Positions 45,142 through 56,501 of a DNA stretch of 64,000 nt are shown here, in pieces (positions within the stretch are counted from its first letter, which is position 1; each line of letters opens with the position of its first letter). The stretch lies in NCBI RefSeq assembly GCF_003334405.1, contig NZ_QOWM01000005.1; one strand, 5' to 3'. The position numbers and the translations under genes were made by a program. The notes beneath the pieces are model-generated. The model saw only the letters and a program-made list of their open reading frames with translations, ran no database searches and had not been told where the DNA came from. This stretch comes from Escherichia coli (GTDB lineage Bacteria > Pseudomonadota > Gammaproteobacteria > Enterobacterales > Enterobacteriaceae).

Positions 45142-46731
45142 TTAATGCTCGCGGGTCTGGTGGAACTGAACGTCCGGATAACGTTCCTGCGCCAGGCGCA
45201 GGTTGACCATGCTGGTAGCGATGTAAGCGAGGTTATCGCCGCCATCAAGCGCCAGTTGGCTTTCGTTCTTACGCTTGAACTCTTCGAATTTCTTCGCGTC
45301 TGCACATTCTACCCAGCGGGCGGTGGCAACGTTGACTGATTCATATACTGCTTCAACGTTGTATTCGCTCTTCAGGCGCGATACCACCACATCAAACTGC
45401 AGCACACCAACCGCACCAACGATCAGATCGTTGTTGGAGATTGGACGGAACACCTGCACCGCGCCCTCTTCGGAAAGCTGTACCAGCCCTTTGAGTAGCT
45501 GTTTTTGCTTCAGCGGATCTTTCAGGCGGATACGACGGAACAGTTCTGGTGCGAAGTTCGGAATACCGGTGAACTTCATCATCTCACCCTGGGTAAAGGT
45601 GTCGCCGATCTGAATGGTGCCGTGGTTGTGCAGGCCGAGGATATCGCCAGGATACGCTTCTTCAACGTGCGAACGGTCACCCGCCATAAAGGTCAGCGCG
45701 TCAGAGATCACCACGTCTTTCGCGGTGCGCACCTGGCGCAGCTTCATGCCTTTTTCATATTTACCGGATACCACGCGCATAAACGCCACGCGGTCGCGGT
45801 GTTTCGGGTCCATGTTGGCCTGAATTTTAAATACGAAGCCGGTAAATTTGTCTTCGCTCGCTTCTACGGTACGGGTATCAGTCTGACGCGGCATCGGCGC
45901 AGGTGCCCACTCCACCAGGCCATCCAGCATATGATCGACACCGAAGTTACCCAGCGCAGTACCGAAGAATACCGGGGTGATTTCGCCCGCAAGGAACAGC
46001 TCTTTGTCGAACTCGTTAGACGCGCCTTTAACCAGTTCCAGTTCGTCACGCAGCTGCTGTGCCAGATCTTCACCAACCGCAGCATCGAGATCCGGGTTAT
46101 TCAGCCCTTTAACAATGCGGACTTCCTGAATGGTGTGGCCTTTACCGCTCTGATAGAGATAGGTTTCATCTTTATAAAGGTGGTAAACGCCTTTAAACAG
46201 CTTGCCGCAGCCAATCGGCCAGGTGATCGGTGCGCAGCCGATTTTCAGCTCGTTCTCAACTTCATCGAGCAGTTCCATCGGGTCGCGGATATCACGGTCA
46301 AGTTTGTTCATAAAGGTGAGGATCGGCGTGTCGCGCAGACGGGTAACTTCCATCAGCTTACGGGTACGATCTTCAACACCTTTTGCGGCGTCGATAACCA
46401 TCAGGCAGCAGTCCACCGCCGTCAGGGTACGATAGGTATCTTCCGAGAAGTCTTCGTGCCCCGGGGTGTCGAGCAGGTTAACCAGGCAATCGTGATACGG
46501 AAACTGCATCACAGACGTAGTAATGGAGATCCCACGCTGCTTTTCCATCTCCATCCAGTCCGACTTAGCGTGCTGGTTGGAACCACGGCCTTTTACTGTA
46601 CCGGCGGTCTGAATGGCCTGTCCGAACAGCAGCACCTTCTCGGTGATGGTAGTCTTACCGGCGTCCGGGTGAGAAATAATGGCAAAAGTGCGGCGCTTCG
46701 CCACCTCTTGCAAATAAGGAGACAACGTCAT
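45142..46731 (-). CDS. prfC: Peptide chain release factor 3 (GTPase); start at [28 protein letters not shown]..., 529 aa
   Basis: ORF track 45142..46758 translation with GTPase G1-G4 motifs. Confidence 0.95.
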
Positions 46732-46821
46732 AATTCTTTCTTCTTGAGTAAGCGGCATCGCGCCGCGCTTGTTGAAAACGAAAAATTGCGGCTATTTTAC
46801 CCATCAACGGGGGGGAGGCAA

Positions 46822-47499
46822 TCAGTGTTTACACAGGAGCTGCTCCAGTTCGTGCAACGAAGAAACGGTCCAGGTGGGCGCGATGCCTTCTGGTTGCTCG
46901 CGATGGTGCGCATTCAGCCAGCAGGTCGCAAGCCCGGCGTTGATGCCACCGAGAATATCGGACTCGGCAGTGTCGCCAACCATCAGCACGCGTGAACGGT
47001 CAGGATTGCCCGCCTGTTCCAGCGCATAATCGAAAATTTTCTTATTCGGTTTGGCAACGCCAACTTCTTCGGAAATCACCAGCAAATCGAAATAATCACG
47101 CAAACCCGTGCGTTCCAGACGCACTTGCTGCAAGGCGCTAAAGCCGTTGGTGATGATGCCGATTTTGGCGTTGCCACGAATGGCGTTAAGCAGAGAAACC
47201 GCGCCCGGCAGCGGCGTGCAGATTTCCGCCATCGCATTAATAAAGGCATCGTTAAGCAAGCCTGCTTCAACTTTCAGCCGTTCGGCCCAGCTCTCGAAAC
47301 GCCCGTGCTGAAGCTGTAATGAAGTGATCGCGCCGTTTTGATAATCCACCCACAGTGGCTTGTTAACGGCCTGATAGTCCTGAAAATCTTCAGCGGTAAA
47401 GGTGACGCTGTAATCAAGAAACATCCGCTGCAGGCCGGTGAATGAGTCAAAGGTAAACAGCGTTTCATCGGCATCAAAGAAAATCCAGTCCCACTTCAT
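46822..47499 (-). CDS. yjjG: HAD-family pyrimidine 5'-nucleotidase (dUMP phosphatase) YjjG, 225 aa
   Basis: Translation begins [17 protein letters not shown]... with HAD DxD motif. Confidence 0.93.
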   Translation of the reverse strand: MKWDWIFFDADETLFTFDSFTGLQRMFLDYSVTFTAEDFQDYQAVNKPLWVDYQNGAITSLQLQHGRFESWAERLKVEAGLLNDAFINAMAEICTPLPGAVSLLNAIRGNAKIGIITNGFSALQQVRLERTGLRDYFDLLVISEEVGVAKPNKKIFDYALEQAGNPDRSRVLMVGDTAESDILGGINAGLATCWLNAHHREQPEGIAPTWTVSSLHELEQLLCKH

Positions 47500-47513
47500 T
47501 ATTCCACCTTGTC

Positions 47514-47960
47514 TTACATACTGATTGGCAACGCCATGATGATGGCGTCTTCGCGACCGTCCGTGGTGGGGTAGTAATTGCGGCGAATCGTCGCCTCGTT
47601 AAAGCCTAAACTTTCGTACAGGGCAATGGCGGCAGCGTTTGAGGCACGGACTTCCAGCCAGAGCGTCGCCACGCCGCGTTTTTCCAGTTCGTCGATCAGA
47701 TGTTCCAGCAGCGCCCTTCCCAATCCCTGACGCTGATAGTCAGGATCGACCGCAATATTGAACAATGTAGCTTCATCCAGCACCACTTGCGTAATCGCAA
47801 ACGCCGCCATTTTGCCGTTTTGCGTTAACTGAAAGTTGAGATAACGCTCGCCCTGGTTGCTGGCAAAGGTTTTTTCACTCCACGGAAAGGCGTGGGCGCG
47901 TTGTTCAATGTGGTAAGCCGCTGGTAAATCAGTCGTTTCGAGGGAAGAAATCGTGTTCAT
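47514..47960 (-). CDS. rimI: Ribosomal protein S18 alanine N-acetyltransferase RimI (GNAT), 148 aa
   Basis: ORF track translation with GNAT acetyl-CoA motif ([14 protein letters not shown]). Confidence 0.93.
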   Translation of the reverse strand: MNTISSLETTDLPAAYHIEQRAHAFPWSEKTFASNQGERYLNFQLTQNGKMAAFAITQVVLDEATLFNIAVDPDYQRQGLGRALLEHLIDELEKRGVATLWLEVRASNAAAIALYESLGFNEATIRRNYYPTTDGREDAIIMALPISM

Positions 47961-48342
47961 ATGTGCAAATTTGTTGCCATAACGCGGTGCGTGCCGTTGG
48001 GTTTGCCCGTAATTCGGTGAGCGCCGGTGATGCCACCTGAGCGCCTTCCAATGATAGCGGTTCGTCAGTACCCAACCGCCAGCTGTTACAGCGACTGCCT
48101 TGCGGCAGCATCGCGATTTTTTCTGGCGTCAGTTGCAGCACTTGATCGGGACTGACGGTTAATGCGCGCAGAACATCGCTCACTAAAGGATCAGTCAGGG
48201 CGGGAAGATCGTTTGCCACCATCACCAGACGGACGTGTGCCGGGATCGCAATGGCAATCTCCCCCTGCAACGCGCCAGGGCGACGCAGCGACCACTGGGT
48301 AATGCCCAGTTGTTGTAACTGCCAGTCTCGTCGGGATGTCAT
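47929..48342 (-). CDS. holD: DNA polymerase III psi subunit HolD, 137 aa
   Basis: ORF track translation; 32-nt overlap with rimI on the same strand. Confidence 0.92.
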   Translation of the reverse strand: MTSRRDWQLQQLGITQWSLRRPGALQGEIAIAIPAHVRLVMVANDLPALTDPLVSDVLRALTVSPDQVLQLTPEKIAMLPQGSRCNSWRLGTDEPLSLEGAQVASPALTELRANPTARTALWQQICTYEHDFFPRND

Positions 48343-48444
48343 AGCGAATCGCTCCTGTTGTCAGGGGCGCAAATATAGCAAATTCGTCGATACCGCGCCA
48401 ACATATGGCTATAATCGCCGCCAGTATCAATTGAGGAGCATTCC

Positions 48445-49476
48445 ATGTCTGCATTTACCCCGGCAAGTGAAGTCTTGCTGCGTCACAGTGATGATTTCGA
48501 ACAAAGCCGTATTCTGTTTGCCGGAGACTTACAGGATGACCTGCCCGCGCGTTTAGATACCGCGGCCAGCCGTGCTCATACCCAGCAATTCCACCACTGG
48601 CAGGTGTTAAGCCGCCAGATGGGGGATAACGCCCGTTTTAGTCTGGTCGCCACGGCGAATGATGTCGCAGATTGCGATACGCTGATTTACTACTGGCCGA
48701 AGAACAAACCGGAAGCCCAGTTCCAGTTGATGAATTTACTTTCTCTGCTGCCGGTGGGGACGGATATTTTTGTCGTTGGCGAGAACCGCAGCGGCGTGCG
48801 CAGCGCCGAGCAGATGCTGGCAGATTATGCGCCGTTGAATAAAGTCGACAGCGCTCGTCGCTGTGGCCTCTATTTTGGTCGTCTGGAAAAACAGCCAGTA
48901 TTTGATGCGGATAAATTCTGGGGCGAATACAGCGTCGATGGCCTGACGATCAAAACGCTGCCGGGCGTGTTTAGCCGCGACGGTCTGGATGTCGGTAGCC
49001 AGTTGCTGCTCTCGACGTTAACTCCGCACACGAAAGGTAAAGTGCTGGATGTCGGCTGTGGCGCGGGGGTGCTTTCAGTTGCCTTTGCGCGCCATTCACC
49101 GAAAATTCGTCTCACCTTGTGCGATGTCTCTGCCCCGGCGGTAGAAGCCAGCCGTGCGACGCTTGCGGCCAACGGTGTTGAAGGTGAAGTCTTTGCCAGC
49201 AACGTCTTTTCCGAGGTGAAAGGTCGTTTTGATATGATCATCTCCAACCCGCCGTTCCACGATGGGATGCAAACCAGCCTGGATGCGGCGCAAACGCTGA
49301 TTCGCGGCGCGGTGCGTCATCTTAATAGCGGCGGCGAGCTGCGAATTGTAGCGAACGCCTTCCTGCCTTATCCGGACGTGCTGGATGAGACATTTGGCTT
49401 CCATGAAGTGATTGCGCAAACCGGGCGTTTCAAGGTGTATCGCGCCATTATGACCCGCCAGGCGAAGAAAGGTTAA
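48445..49476 (+). CDS. rsmC: 16S rRNA (guanine1207-N2)-methyltransferase RsmC, 343 aa
   Basis: ORF track translation with SAM-binding motif ([12 protein letters not shown]) and NPPFH catalytic motif. Confidence 0.95.
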   Translation: MSAFTPASEVLLRHSDDFEQSRILFAGDLQDDLPARLDTAASRAHTQQFHHWQVLSRQMGDNARFSLVATANDVADCDTLIYYWPKNKPEAQFQLMNLLSLLPVGTDIFVVGENRSGVRSAEQMLADYAPLNKVDSARRCGLYFGRLEKQPVFDADKFWGEYSVDGLTIKTLPGVFSRDGLDVGSQLLLSTLTPHTKGKVLDVGCGAGVLSVAFARHSPKIRLTLCDVSAPAVEASRATLAANGVEGEVFASNVFSEVKGRFDMIISNPPFHDGMQTSLDAAQTLIRGAVRHLNSGGELRIVANAFLPYPDVLDETFGFHEVIAQTGRFKVYRAIMTRQAKKG

Positions 49477-49494
49477 GTATCCCGCCGCAAGCCT

Positions 49495-49655
<161 letters not shown>

Positions 49656-49707
49656 GTTTCCTGATGGACATTTTTCCAGCAATTACACCTCCGGCGATAA
49701 TTAACTA

Positions 49708-49735
49708 TTGACGAAAAGCTGAAAACCACTAGAAT
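49708..49735 (+). promoter_or_regulatory. Sigma70 promoter of the tRNA-Leu gene (-35 TTGACG, 16-bp spacer, -10 TAGAAT)
   Basis: Near-consensus hexamers read directly about 40 bp upstream of the mature tRNA 5' end. Confidence 0.6.
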
Positions 49736-49776
49736 GCGCCTCCGTGGTAGCAATTCTTTTTAAGAATTGATGGTAT

Positions 49777-49863
49777 GCGAAGGTGGCGGAATTGGTAGAC
49801 GCGCTAGCTTCAGGTGTTAGTGTCCTTACGGACGTGGGGGTTCAAGTCCCCCCCCTCGCACCA
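49777..49863 (+). tRNA. leuV: tRNA-Leu (anticodon CAG), 87 nt, CCA encoded
   Basis: Sequence gcgaaggtggcggaattggtagacgcgctagcttcaggtgttagtgtccttacggacgtgggggttcaagtcccccccctcgcacca has a cloverleaf with long variable arm; anticodon loop cuuCAGgug. Only one copy is present in the window. Confidence 0.95.
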
Positions 49864-49901
49864 ATTATCTTTACTTCCTTTCTTGTTTCTTCCCTGTTTT
49901 G

Positions 49902-50138
49902 TCATCCCTGATTCAAATTCACTATCATCAGCATGATGCCAGCAATAAGCGCCAGGCACGATGGTAGCAAAATGTAATGCCGCAACTGTTTGTGATACAG
50001 CATCACAGGCGTCAATACTAATCCCATCAGAATGACAATCCGCCACTGATCCGGCGATAAATCCGCATACATCAGCCCTGCAATCAGCAATCCCGGCAGC
50101 AACACTCCCCAGCCACTGCCCAGCATACGTTGCAACAT
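49902..50138 (-). CDS. yjjZ: Small inner-membrane protein YjjZ, 78 aa from MLQRMLGSGWGVLLPGLLIAG...
   Basis: ORF track 49902..50249; internal Met chosen to give the 78-aa form I recall. Confidence 0.65.
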   Translation of the reverse strand: MLQRMLGSGWGVLLPGLLIAGLMYADLSPDQWRIVILMGLVLTPVMLYHKQLRHYILLPSCLALIAGIMLMIVNLNQG

Positions 50139-50278
50139 GGTTTCATCTCTTTCATTGATAATGATAACCAATATCATATGATAATTTTTATCATTTGCAA
50201 GCCAGAGAAATCCCTTGCTATCGGGTAAACCTATCGCTAGGATTAGCAATCATTATCATTTAGATTACTATCCCGATT

Positions 50279-51067
50279 ATGGCCTATCGTTCCGCACCGC
50301 TCTATGAAGATATCATCTGGCGAACGCATCTCCAGCCACAGGATGCTGGGCTTGCACAAGCCGTACGTGCGACGATCGCCGAACATCGTGAACATTTGCT
50401 GGAGTTTATCCGTCTGGATGAACCCGCCCCGCTTCGCGCCATGACGCTGGCGCAATGGTCATCACCGAATACGCTAAGTTCCCTACTGGCGGTCTATTCC
50501 GATCATATCTACCGCAACCAACCAACGATGATCCGCGAGAACAAGCCGCTGATCTCACTGTGGGCACAATGGTATATCGGCCTGATGGTGCCACCATTAA
50601 TGCTGGCGCTGCTGACGCAGGAAAAAGCATTAGATGTGACGCCGGAACATTTCCACGTTGAGTTTCACGAAACCGGACGCGCCGCCTGTTTCTGGGTCGA
50701 TGTGTGTGAAGATAAAAACGCAACACTACATTCGCCGCAGCAGCGAATGGAAACGTTAATCAGCCAGGCGCTTGTTCCGGTTGTGCAGGCACTAGAAGCA
50801 ACGGGAGAGATTAACGGTAAACTTATCTGGAGCAATACCGGTTATTTGATCAACTGGTATCTGACTGAGATGAAACAGCTGCTCGGCGAGGCGACGGTTG
50901 AATCGCTGCGCCATGCCCTCTTTTTTGAGAAAACGCTCACGAACGGTGAAGATAATCCACTCTGGCGTACCGTGGTGCTGCGCGACGGCCTGCTGGTGCG
51001 CCGCACTTGCTGCCAGCGTTATCGCTTACCGGATGTGCAGCAATGTGGCGATTGTACGCTGAAATGA
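50279..51067 (+). CDS. fhuF: Ferric-siderophore reductase FhuF (C-terminal 2Fe-2S Cys cluster), 262 aa
   Basis: Translation ends ...CCQRYRLPDVQQCGDCTLK with the C-C-x10-C-x2-C motif. Confidence 0.93.
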   Translation: MAYRSAPLYEDIIWRTHLQPQDAGLAQAVRATIAEHREHLLEFIRLDEPAPLRAMTLAQWSSPNTLSSLLAVYSDHIYRNQPTMIRENKPLISLWAQWYIGLMVPPLMLALLTQEKALDVTPEHFHVEFHETGRAACFWVDVCEDKNATLHSPQQRMETLISQALVPVVQALEATGEINGKLIWSNTGYLINWYLTEMKQLLGEATVESLRHALFFEKTLTNGEDNPLWRTVVLRDGLLVRRTCCQRYRLPDVQQCGDCTLK

Positions 51068-51104
51068 AAGCACTGCCGGGGAAGTAAACCCGGCATCATG
51101 CAAA

Positions 51105-51782
51105 TTAATAGGGATGCAACACATTACTTGCTTCGCAATGCCGCATACATAACAGAATATCTGCGGCCTCCAACAACCCTGCATCAGAACTGACGCCCAG
51201 TTTCGACATCACATTAAATTTATGTGCACGGATCGTTTTAATATTGCGTTTAAGCTGCTCGGCAATTTGTGTCATTGAGTAGCCACGCGACATAAAGCGC
51301 AATATTTCTCTCTCCGTCGGGCTTAGCGTCCGGCTTTGGTTAATGTACCACTGATTGTTCAGTCGGTCGGTCGCCTGACGTACACCATTTAATGACAAAA
51401 AGAGTTCCTGATGAAAAATCTCCAGCGTTGACGCTTTACTTAATACACCGTCCAGCGGTGATGGCGACAATGAACCGATCAGCCGAGCTTCAATATCATC
51501 ATCCGCAATAACTAAACGTCGGGTACGCGGAAACTTAATCGCCAGTTCAGTCAGGCAAGATAATCCCTCTCTGCGTTCACTTCTCATGGCAGAAAAAGAA
51601 AAAATGACCGCCGCAAACGAGATCCGCGACATGGCATCCTGAAATGACTCCTGACTGGTATAGGTATGGAGCTTATAAGGGTTACCTGCAAACTTTCTGA
51701 ATAAACTCTCAATACCGATACTGCTCATGACGCATTTTTCTATGAGTGCGACATTTCTCTTCTTAATTCGGCTGTGTTCCAT
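51105..51782 (-). CDS. bglJ: LuxR-family transcriptional regulator BglJ, 225 aa
   Basis: ORF track translation with C-terminal LuxR-type HTH; overlaps the upstream yjjQ by 43 nt. Confidence 0.9.
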   Translation of the reverse strand: MEHSRIKKRNVALIEKCVMSSIGIESLFRKFAGNPYKLHTYTSQESFQDAMSRISFAAVIFSFSAMRSERREGLSCLTELAIKFPRTRRLVIADDDIEARLIGSLSPSPLDGVLSKASTLEIFHQELFLSLNGVRQATDRLNNQWYINQSRTLSPTEREILRFMSRGYSMTQIAEQLKRNIKTIRAHKFNVMSKLGVSSDAGLLEAADILLCMRHCEASNVLHPY

Positions 51783-52465
51783 TCTGCGGCATCTCCATAA
51801 ACAGAAGGCAAGTTAAGTTCTCTTGCACCCTGCGCGCTATTTATCCATGCATACATTTCAGCGTTGCTGTGAATTGCCAGTCGACGCATCGCACTGTTTT
51901 TTTGGGCGCTGATAGTTTTATTACTTTTCTTAAGCAATGAAGCTATCTGGTTGATGCCCCATCCTTTACCTAATAGCCGCAGTACCTTGCGCTCTGAAAG
52001 AGTGAGAATGACGGAGCGATAGCTAAAATCATGAGTTTCAGTCATTGCCGGAGAGGTCAGCATGGCGCTGATACGCTCTGCGTGCGTATTGCCGGAACGT
52101 ACGGTCTTGACCAGATTCTCAATGGGTTCACCATCAGACAATAACGTCGCCGTAGGGCACATGAGCAGTTCTACTGCCTGGGAATACCAGGAGCGTGACA
52201 CCATGAAAACCCAGTGAATTTCCCGATATTGTGAGATTAAAGAATAATAATGTTCACAAACAGAACGTGGATCTTCACTTTCACCGGCTAAATCAGCAAT
52301 GACTAATCCGGAACGACGTAATTGTAATAAGGTAAGGTCCTCCGCAGAGGCGCTGGATATTATTTCATATTCAGGGAAGTGAGTCCTCATGACCTCTTTT
52401 AACCCTGCTTGCATAACAGGTATTTTACTGATAACAATTCCATTTTTGCAGCATCCTGGCAACAT
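51740..52465 (-). CDS. yjjQ: LuxR-family transcriptional regulator YjjQ, 241 aa
   Basis: ORF track translation with C-terminal LuxR-type HTH; first gene of the yjjQ-bglJ pair. Confidence 0.9.
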   Translation of the reverse strand: MLPGCCKNGIVISKIPVMQAGLKEVMRTHFPEYEIISSASAEDLTLLQLRRSGLVIADLAGESEDPRSVCEHYYSLISQYREIHWVFMVSRSWYSQAVELLMCPTATLLSDGEPIENLVKTVRSGNTHAERISAMLTSPAMTETHDFSYRSVILTLSERKVLRLLGKGWGINQIASLLKKSNKTISAQKNSAMRRLAIHSNAEMYAWINSAQGARELNLPSVYGDAAEWNTAELRREMSHS

Positions 52466-53083
52466 ATTTCCTCCACATCCACTGTCTAAAAATCATGATG
52501 GTTTATTCAGGATATTCATTCCTTAAATGTTTCCAGCAAATTAATAGATTAAGCGAATAAATTATCCTTAGCATTCACTTTCATATCAGCATACTCCTGC
52601 TGCACAACAACTCCACAGCATGTGTCAGAAGGTTAGCATCAAATGATAACCTGGTGAAATAGCCTGGAGACATTTAAAATATCTACATTAAGTTGTTAGA
52701 AATACTTAATGAAAAACAGAGTTCTCATTCATTTAATTTATAATTAACTGATATCCCTTCCCGCAGAATGCAAAATCACACAATCAATATTTGTTCAATA
52801 AAATCTGATAGTTTTAACTTGTAAAAATTAAAAAACGCGCCCAGTTATCTTTTATCCTGATTCGTAAAGGCTAAAGAATAAATTCATTATAGTGATAATA
52901 TTCATGTGATAATTTGTTTGCGGCGAGAGATAATTCCCTTTTTATCACCGAGCTTGTCCCGATAACCAGGATTAATCAGCGCAATTTTGATCTTAACCTA
53001 CCGCAAAACTACCGTGCTTCATGATACAAATGGATTCTCATTATCTGAACAATACGCAGCACGTCTATGACAAAGGGCGAGTT
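52466..53083. promoter_or_regulatory. Very AT-rich 620-bp divergent regulatory region between yjjQ and yjjP (nucleoid-protein silencing expected)
   Basis: AT content is visibly far above the flanking coding sequence; no ORFs. H-NS/LeuO control of yjjQ-bglJ is established knowledge, individual sites not resolved here. Confidence 0.5.
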
Positions 53084-53854
53084 ATGCAAACTGAGCAACA
53101 GCGAGCCGTAACACGGCTTTGTATCCAGTGTGGATTATTTCTTTTGCAACATGGTGCGGAAAGCGCGTTGGTTGATGAGCTTTCCTCACGACTGGGTCGG
53201 GCGTTGGGGATGGACAGCGTCGAAAGTTCTATCTCTTCGAACGCCATAGTGCTGACAACCATTAAAGATGGGCAATGCCTGACATCGACACGTAAAAATC
53301 AAGATCGCGGCATTAATATGCATGTGGTGACTGAAGTCCAGCACATTGTGATTCTGGCGGAGCACCATCTGCTGGATTACAAAGGCGTAGAGAAACGATT
53401 TAGCCAAATTCAGCCATTACGTTACCCAAGATGGCTGGTAGCCTTAATGGTTGGCCTTTCCTGCGCCTGTTTCTGTAAACTCAATAAAGGTGGCTGGGAT
53501 GGTGCCGTCATCACCTTCTTTGCCAGTACGGCCGCGATGTATATCCGCCAGCTGCTGGCACAACGTCATCTTCATCCACAGATCAACTTTTGCCTTACCG
53601 CTTTCGCCGCCACCACCATTTCCGGATTGCTTTTGCAACTCCCTACTTTCAGCAATACCCCCACCATCGCGATGGCCGCCAGCGTTCTGCTGCTGGTGCC
53701 GGGCTTTCCGTTGATTAATGCCGTCGCCGATATGTTTAAAGGCCACATCAATACCGGACTGGCACGCTGGGCGATCGCCAGTCTGCTGACACTGGCTACC
53801 TGCGTCGGCGTGGTGATGGCACTGACGATTTGGGGGCTACGCGGATGGGTGTGA
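53084..53854 (+). CDS. yjjP: Inner membrane protein YjjP (ThrE-like/DUF1212), putative carboxylate exporter subunit; start at [12 protein letters not shown]..., 256 aa
   Basis: ORF track 53021..53854 translation; internal Met chosen. Confidence 0.85.
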   Translation: MQTEQQRAVTRLCIQCGLFLLQHGAESALVDELSSRLGRALGMDSVESSISSNAIVLTTIKDGQCLTSTRKNQDRGINMHVVTEVQHIVILAEHHLLDYKGVEKRFSQIQPLRYPRWLVALMVGLSCACFCKLNKGGWDGAVITFFASTAAMYIRQLLAQRHLHPQINFCLTAFAATTISGLLLQLPTFSNTPTIAMAASVLLLVPGFPLINAVADMFKGHINTGLARWAIASLLTLATCVGVVMALTIWGLRGWV

Positions 53855-54318
53855 TCGAGTTTCTGTTTACATTGGCGCAGGATATGATCCTCGCCGCCAT
53901 TCCAGCGGTCGGCTTTGCGATGGTGTTCAACGTTCCCGTTCGGGCGTTACGCTGGTGTGCGCTGCTTGGCGCGATTGGTCATGGTTCACGAATGATCTTA
54001 ATGACCAGCGGGCTGAATATTGAGTGGTCAACTTTTATGGCTTCTATGCTGGTCGGCACCATTGGTATTCAATGGTCGCGCTGGTATCTGGCGCATCCGA
54101 AAGTGTTTACCGTGGCGGCCGTTATCCCTATGTTCCCTGGCATATCGGCTTATACCGCAATGATTTCGGCGGTAAAAATCAGCCAGTTAGGTTACAGCGA
54201 GTCATTGATGATTACCCTGTTAACCAACTTTCTTACAGCTTCATCGATTGTTGGTGCGTTATCCATCGGTCTTTCCATTCCTGGATTATGGTTGTACCGC
54301 AAGCGCCCTCGCGTATAA
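53845..54318 (+). CDS. yjjB: Inner membrane protein YjjB (DUF3815), partner of YjjP; start at [10 protein letters not shown]..., 157 aa
   Basis: ORF track 53830..54318 translation; overlaps yjjP 3' end. Confidence 0.85.
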   Translation: MGVIEFLFTLAQDMILAAIPAVGFAMVFNVPVRALRWCALLGAIGHGSRMILMTSGLNIEWSTFMASMLVGTIGIQWSRWYLAHPKVFTVAAVIPMFPGISAYTAMISAVKISQLGYSESLMITLLTNFLTASSIVGALSIGLSIPGLWLYRKRPRV

Positions 54319-54425
54319 AATTGCCTCGCTTAAAGCACACGGATGAGAGACAGCCTCCTCTCCTCCATGTGTTACTATAAAAGTTATCTCCCTTCTCGTT
54401 CATCGTTCCATATTTGAGAAACAGT

Positions 54426-54965
54426 ATGTCTTCCAGAGTTTTGACCCCGGACGTCGTTGGTATTGACGCCCTGGTACACGATCACCAAACCGTTCTGGCA
54501 AAAGCTGAAGGCGGTGTGGTTGCCGTATTTGCTAACAATGCCCCGGCGTTTTATGCCGTCACGCCTGCACGCCTGGCTGAACTGCTGGCGCTGGAAGAAA
54601 AGCTGGCGCGTCCGGGAAGCGATGTCGCTCTGGACGATCAACTCTATCAGGAACCGCAAGCCGCTCCCGTTGCTGTACCCATGGGGAAATTCGCCATGTA
54701 TCCGGACTGGCAACCCGATGCCGACTTTATCCGCCTGGCGGCGCTATGGGGCGTGGCGCTAAGAGAGCCGGTGACCACCGAAGAACTGGCCTCATTCATT
54801 GCCTACTGGCAGGCGGAAGGTAAAGTCTTTCACCATGTACAGTGGCAACAAAAACTGGCGCGCAGCCTGCAAATCGGCCGTGCCAGCAACGGCGGACTGC
54901 CGAAACGAGATGTGAATACGGTCAGCGAACCTGACAGCCAAATTCCACCAGGATTCAGAGGGTAA
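54426..54965 (+). CDS. dnaT: Primosomal protein DnaT; start at [17 protein letters not shown]..., 179 aa
   Basis: ORF track 54414..54965 translation; immediately upstream of dnaC. Confidence 0.93.
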
Positions 54966-54967
54966 CG

Positions 54968-55705
54968 ATGAAAAACATTGGCGACCTGATGCAACGCCTG
55001 CAAAAAATGATGCCTGCCCATATCAAACCTGCGTTTAAAACGGGTGAAGAACTACTGGCCTGGCAGAAAGAACAAGGGGCGATCCGCTCCGCCGCTCTCG
55101 AACGTGAAAATCGGGCGATGAAAATGCAGCGCACCTTTAACCGCTCCGGTATTCGTCCACTGCATCAGAACTGCTCCTTTGAGAACTATCGCGTTGAGTG
55201 TGAAGGGCAGATGAATGCGTTAAGCAAAGCGCGCCAGTATGTCGAAGAGTTTGACGGCAACATCGCCAGCTTCATCTTTTCTGGTAAGCCAGGAACCGGC
55301 AAAAACCATCTGGCGGCGGCAATCTGCAACGAGCTGCTGCTACGCGGTAAATCCGTATTGATCATCACCGTGGCCGATATTATGTCGGCGATGAAAGATA
55401 CCTTCAGGAATAGCGGTACCAGCGAAGAACAACTGCTTAACGATCTGAGCAACGTTGATCTGCTGGTGATCGATGAGATCGGCGTGCAGACCGAATCGAA
55501 ATACGAAAAAGTGATCATCAACCAGATCGTCGATCGCCGCTCTTCTTCCAAACGCCCAACCGGGATGCTGACCAACAGTAATATGGAAGAGATGACCAAG
55601 TTGCTGGGCGAACGCGTGATGGACCGTATGCGCCTGGGTAACAGTTTGTGGGTGATCTTCAACTGGGATAGCTACCGTAGCCGTGTAACAGGTAAAGAGT
55701 ATTAA
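54968..55705 (+). CDS. dnaC: Helicase loader DnaC (AAA+ ATPase), 245 aa
   Basis: Translation has Walker A GKPGTGKNHLAAAI and Walker B LLVIDEIG. Confidence 0.96.
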   Translation: MKNIGDLMQRLQKMMPAHIKPAFKTGEELLAWQKEQGAIRSAALERENRAMKMQRTFNRSGIRPLHQNCSFENYRVECEGQMNALSKARQYVEEFDGNIASFIFSGKPGTGKNHLAAAICNELLLRGKSVLIITVADIMSAMKDTFRNSGTSEEQLLNDLSNVDLLVIDEIGVQTESKYEKVIINQIVDRRSSSKRPTGMLTNSNMEEMTKLLGERVMDRMRLGNSLWVIFNWDSYRSRVTGKEY

Positions 55706-55750
55706 TCCCCGTTTCTGGCGGTATACTGCGACACAATTCCACCTTGAGTA

Positions 55751-56248
55751 ATGATGATGAAAACTGTTAAACATCTTCTGTGCTGTGCCATTGCCGCCAG
55801 CGCATTAATTTCCACCGGGGTGCATGCTGCGTCCTGGAAAGATGCGCTCTCCAGCGCCGCCAGCGAACTTGGCAACCAAAACAGCACGACACAGGAAGGC
55901 GGTTGGTCGCTCGCGTCATTAACTAACTTGCTTAGCAGCGGGAACCAGGCCTTAAGCGCAGATAACATGAACAACGCCGCAGGCATTCTGCAATACTGCG
56001 CGAAGCAAAAGCTGGCTTCGGTAACCGATGCCGAAAACATCAAGAATCAGGTGCTGGAAAAGCTGGGCCTGAACAGTGAAGAGCAAAAAGAAGACACCAA
56101 CTATCTGGACGGTATTCAGGGTTTGCTGAAAACCAAAGATGGTCAGCAACTCAATCTGGATAACATCGGAACGACTCCGCTGGCAGAAAAGGTGAAAACC
56201 AAAGCCTGCGATCTGGTGTTAAAGCAGGGGCTGAACTTCATTTCCTGA
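55751..56248 (+). CDS. yjjA: Conserved secreted protein of unknown function (DUF2501), about 164 aa
   Basis: ORF track translation with signal peptide MMMKTVKHLLCCAIAASALISTGVHA. Confidence 0.85.
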   Translation: MMMKTVKHLLCCAIAASALISTGVHAASWKDALSSAASELGNQNSTTQEGGWSLASLTNLLSSGNQALSADNMNNAAGILQYCAKQKLASVTDAENIKNQVLEKLGLNSEEQKEDTNYLDGIQGLLKTKDGQQLNLDNIGTTPLAEKVKTKACDLVLKQGLNFIS

Positions 56249-56501
56249 ACCGCGAAACGCCGCGTTTTAGCTGTTACCCGGCTGACGCGGCTCTCTCCTG
56301 CCCTTTTCCCTGCTCCTGGACGGTTTTCCCCCTGTTACACGGGAAGCGACCGCGATCAAAAAAGTCTGTTTATAAACTAATTCCTAACAACATCGCATTT
56401 TTTTGACACTAGAATTGCAGCAATATGGCGACGCCATTACATTGTGCTTCTCAAAAAGCTTAAACGTTGGCTAAACGGCCCGGTTTAGTGAGGATCGCCC
56501 G

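Noticed and set aside
49777-49863. tRNA-Leu as a possible integration site for a genomic island or prophage
   Set aside because: Flanks are core genes (rsmC upstream, yjjZ/fhuF downstream) with no integrase, no direct repeat of the tRNA 3' end and no foreign gene block.
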